This document shows, in pieces, positions 1 to 34,298 of a DNA stretch of 34,298 bases. Under the pieces are notes generated by a model. It was not told the origin of the DNA and did not search any database. It worked only from the letters and a program-made list of their open reading frames with translations. Within the stretch, counting starts at the first letter, position 1. Each line of letters starts with the position of its first letter. This DNA is from Octopus bimaculoides (lineage: Eukaryota), in NCBI RefSeq assembly GCF_001194135.2, contig NC_068983.1, positions 71,807,912-71,842,209 on the forward strand. The letters are read 5' to 3'. The position numbers and the translations under genes were made by a program.

Positions 1-1
1 T

Positions 2-268
2 TCCAACCCTCACCTTACTGGCAGCATCTCTGTACATGGCTCGCACAGCTCTCACTAACCATTCTTCTATCCCAAGTTTCCTCATTGACCACCAGATAAG
101 GGATCGGGGGACCCTGTCAAAGGCTTTCTCCATGTCAACGAAAGCCAGGTACAGAGGTTTATCCTTAGCTAGGTATTTCTCCTGCAACTGTCTCACTCGA
201 AATAAGGCATCAGTAGTGCTTTTACCTGGCACGAACCCAAACTGCATCTCATCTAAATCTAATCTATG
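2..268 (-). mobile_element. RTE-clade non-LTR retrotransposon, reverse-transcriptase fragment running off the left edge
   Basis: Open frame LDEMQFGFVPGKSTTDALFRVRQLQEKYLAKDKPLYLAFVDMEKAFDRVPRSLIWWSMRKLGIEEWLVRAVRAMYRDAASKVRVG; the QFGF, STTDA and AFVDxEKAFDRV blocks are typical RT motifs. Confidence 0.9.
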
Positions 269-650
269 TTATTCAATTTGTCCTTCATATGCAATGGTGG
301 TGTTGGAGGGAGAGATGGATTTATGATAAGTGTTGGAAGACACTTATGTATGACAGAGGGACAAGCACAGATGTCTTGCTATAGAGAAGATACATGACTA
401 CGCAACATCATATGGAGTGGGTGGAATAATTGAGAAGGAGATAGAAGACAGTAGTGTATTTATGTAAATATATGTATCATTTTATCATTATATAGCAAAA
501 GAATGGTAATCTTTGTACAAAATTCACTGAGTTACTTACACTCCTTAGTCACTGCCACTACCAGGAATGCAATCAATCAGTGATTAGCATTTTGGAAATC
601 TGAAATTGGCCAGTTAGAATCCAATGGCACTATTTATGACAAATTGCAAT

Positions 651-750
651 CATTATCATCATCATTTTAACATCCATTCTCCATGCTTGCATGGGTTGTA
701 CAAAGTTTATTGAGGCAGATTTTCTATGGTTGGATACTGTTCCTGTTGCC
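651..750 (-). repeat. Degenerate copy of the (ATC)n-tailed RTE-type 3'-end repeat
   Basis: atcatcatcattttaacatccattctccatgcttgcatgggttg resembles the 22738 and 26690 copies. Confidence 0.55.
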
Positions 751-902
751 AATCATTCACCTGTTTCCAAGTAAGGTGACATTTTCTCCATGCCCAGACA
801 TGCTCTCACAGAATATTTGAAATGAACGATACTGCTTGTATGACAGTGACAATCATTTCATAATTACCTTGCAGCAAGACAGAAACATACACTCTCACAC
901 AC

Positions 903-1066
903 AAAATGGTCTTCGTTCAGTTTCCATCTCCAAATCCACTTGCAAGGCTCAGGTCACCCTGGGGGCTATAATAGAAGACACTTGCCCAAGACGTTATGCA
1001 GTGGGACTGAACCTAGAACCATGAAGTTAGGAAGCAAACTTCTTACCACACAACCATGCCTGCACC
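903..1066 (-). mobile_element. tRNA-head/CORE-type SINE
   Basis: Minus strand: GGCATGGTTGTGTGG A-box-like, GGTTCAGTCCC B-box-like, CTTGGGCAAGTGTC CORE-like segment; its tail resembles 1866-1910 and the related copy at 14530. Confidence 0.65.
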
Positions 1067-1086
1067 AATATAATATAAGAAAATTT

Positions 1087-1132
<46 letters not shown>

Positions 1133-1244
1133 NNNNNNNNNNNNNNNNNNNNNNNNNNNNNNNNNNNNNNNNNNNNNNNNNNNNNAGAGAGAAGAGAGAG
1201 AGAGAGAAGAGAGAGAGAGAGAAGAGAGTGAGAGAGAGAGAGAG
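1087..1244. repeat. Compound (GT)n(GA)n microsatellite containing a 54-N gap (1133-1186)
   Basis: Direct reading. Confidence 0.95.
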
Positions 1245-1260
1245 ATGACGCCAAACTCAC

Positions 1261-33635
<32,375 letters not shown>

Positions 33636-33652
33636 TTTGAATGTCACTCAAC

Positions 33653-33736
33653 GCGGGAAATGTAAACAGGAAGTAGCATTAAGAACCGCGGGAAATGTAA
33701 ACAGAAACTGACATTAAAATCTGCGGGAAATGTAAC
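33653..33736 (-). promoter_or_regulatory. Three tandem E2F-type sites (TTTCCCGC on the gene strand), 35-bp period, two with an adjacent forkhead-type TGTAAACA
   Basis: GCGGGAAA at 33653, 33688 and 33723; TGTAAACA at 33661 and 33696; 18-95 bp upstream of the MSH2 ATG. Confidence 0.7.
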
Positions 33737-33924
33737 TGCAGCCTCCAATGATTTAATTTATTGATTTCAATTAGTCAAGTGACATAGTTACACTACTGCA
33801 TCAGTCTGTTCTGACGATATGATAGGAGGTTCAGTGTGTGAGACGGAGTTGGCTTTCAGTAATCAGTTGGTGACAGTCTATTCTAAGAGTTAGAAATATC
33901 TTAAAATGCCAGGTACTACTCAAG

Positions 33925-34058
33925 CAGAGCGGACCCGAACGCGCAGTCGCGCTATCGCGCGTCCGCGCTAGCTAGTCGTGAGTGGTCGATCCTACGAAAA
34001 GTGCGCGCGTGCGCACGTGCAAATGAATGCATGTGTGCGCGTGCGAGCGTATGCAAAT
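33925..34058. promoter_or_regulatory. Small CpG-dense patch upstream of MSH2 (putative promoter)
   Basis: Dense CGCG/GCGC runs in a very AT-rich background; NRF1-like GCGCGTGCGCA; octamer ATGCAAAT at about 34051. Confidence 0.5.
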
Positions 34059-34298
34059 TAGTAAATAATTTCTTTTAAACAAAGTAAATAATTTTTTGAA
34101 AATTACTTTTTTCTTTTCTAAACAACGTAGATAGGTAGAAGGAATAAAAATCACACACTATCTGTTTTTGTTAACTTCATACATTTTTTTTCTTTCAATT
34201 AAATTTTGTGAACAAAATAATTTTTATTTTCTAAACAACGTAAATAAATTTTAAAAAAGGTGCACATTGGGATTAGACACTGAGGGAAACTTGATATG

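Noticed and set aside
36-326. 96-aa plus-strand ORF
   Set aside because: It is the antisense shadow of the RTE reverse-transcriptase frame on the minus strand
33653-33736. 35-bp periodic repeat read as a CRISPR-like array
   Set aside because: Eukaryotic promoter context, only three short units, no cas genes; better explained as duplicated transcription-factor sites
34114-34242. 16-bp direct repeat TTTTCTAAACAACGTA at 34114 and 34227
   Set aside because: AT-rich, with no terminal repeats or tail between the copies to indicate an insertion; likely a local duplication of no evident function

Overview
AT-rich, intron-rich animal genomic DNA. The repeat landscape (tRNA/CORE-type SINEs, RTE-type (ATC)n-tailed repeats, TTAA MITEs) suggests an octopod cephalopod; this is inference, not proof. 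The window is essentially one gene, the mismatch-repair ATPase MSH2, on the minus strand. I could splice 26 coding exons by hand from the ATG at 33635 down to 1261: all GT-AG, phases consistent, 2616 nt = 872 codons with no stop, and Walker [10 protein letters not shown], Walker [14 protein letters not shown] and SFGIHVA intact. The final exon (equivalent to human exon 16) is not visible and probably lies left of the window, beyond an RTE LINE fragment. The introns hold many mobile-element remnants: SINEs, RTE tails, nested TTAA MITEs, a piggyBac transposase relic, a mariner derivative built from two left ends, Helitron-like pieces, and a foldback element carrying a decayed hammerhead-ribozyme-like core. 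Three E2F+forkhead motifs at an exact 35-bp period sit just upstream of the start codon. I found no second protein-coding host gene and no evidence of a new multi-gene system; the best leads are RNA-structural, regulatory and gene-architecture observations.
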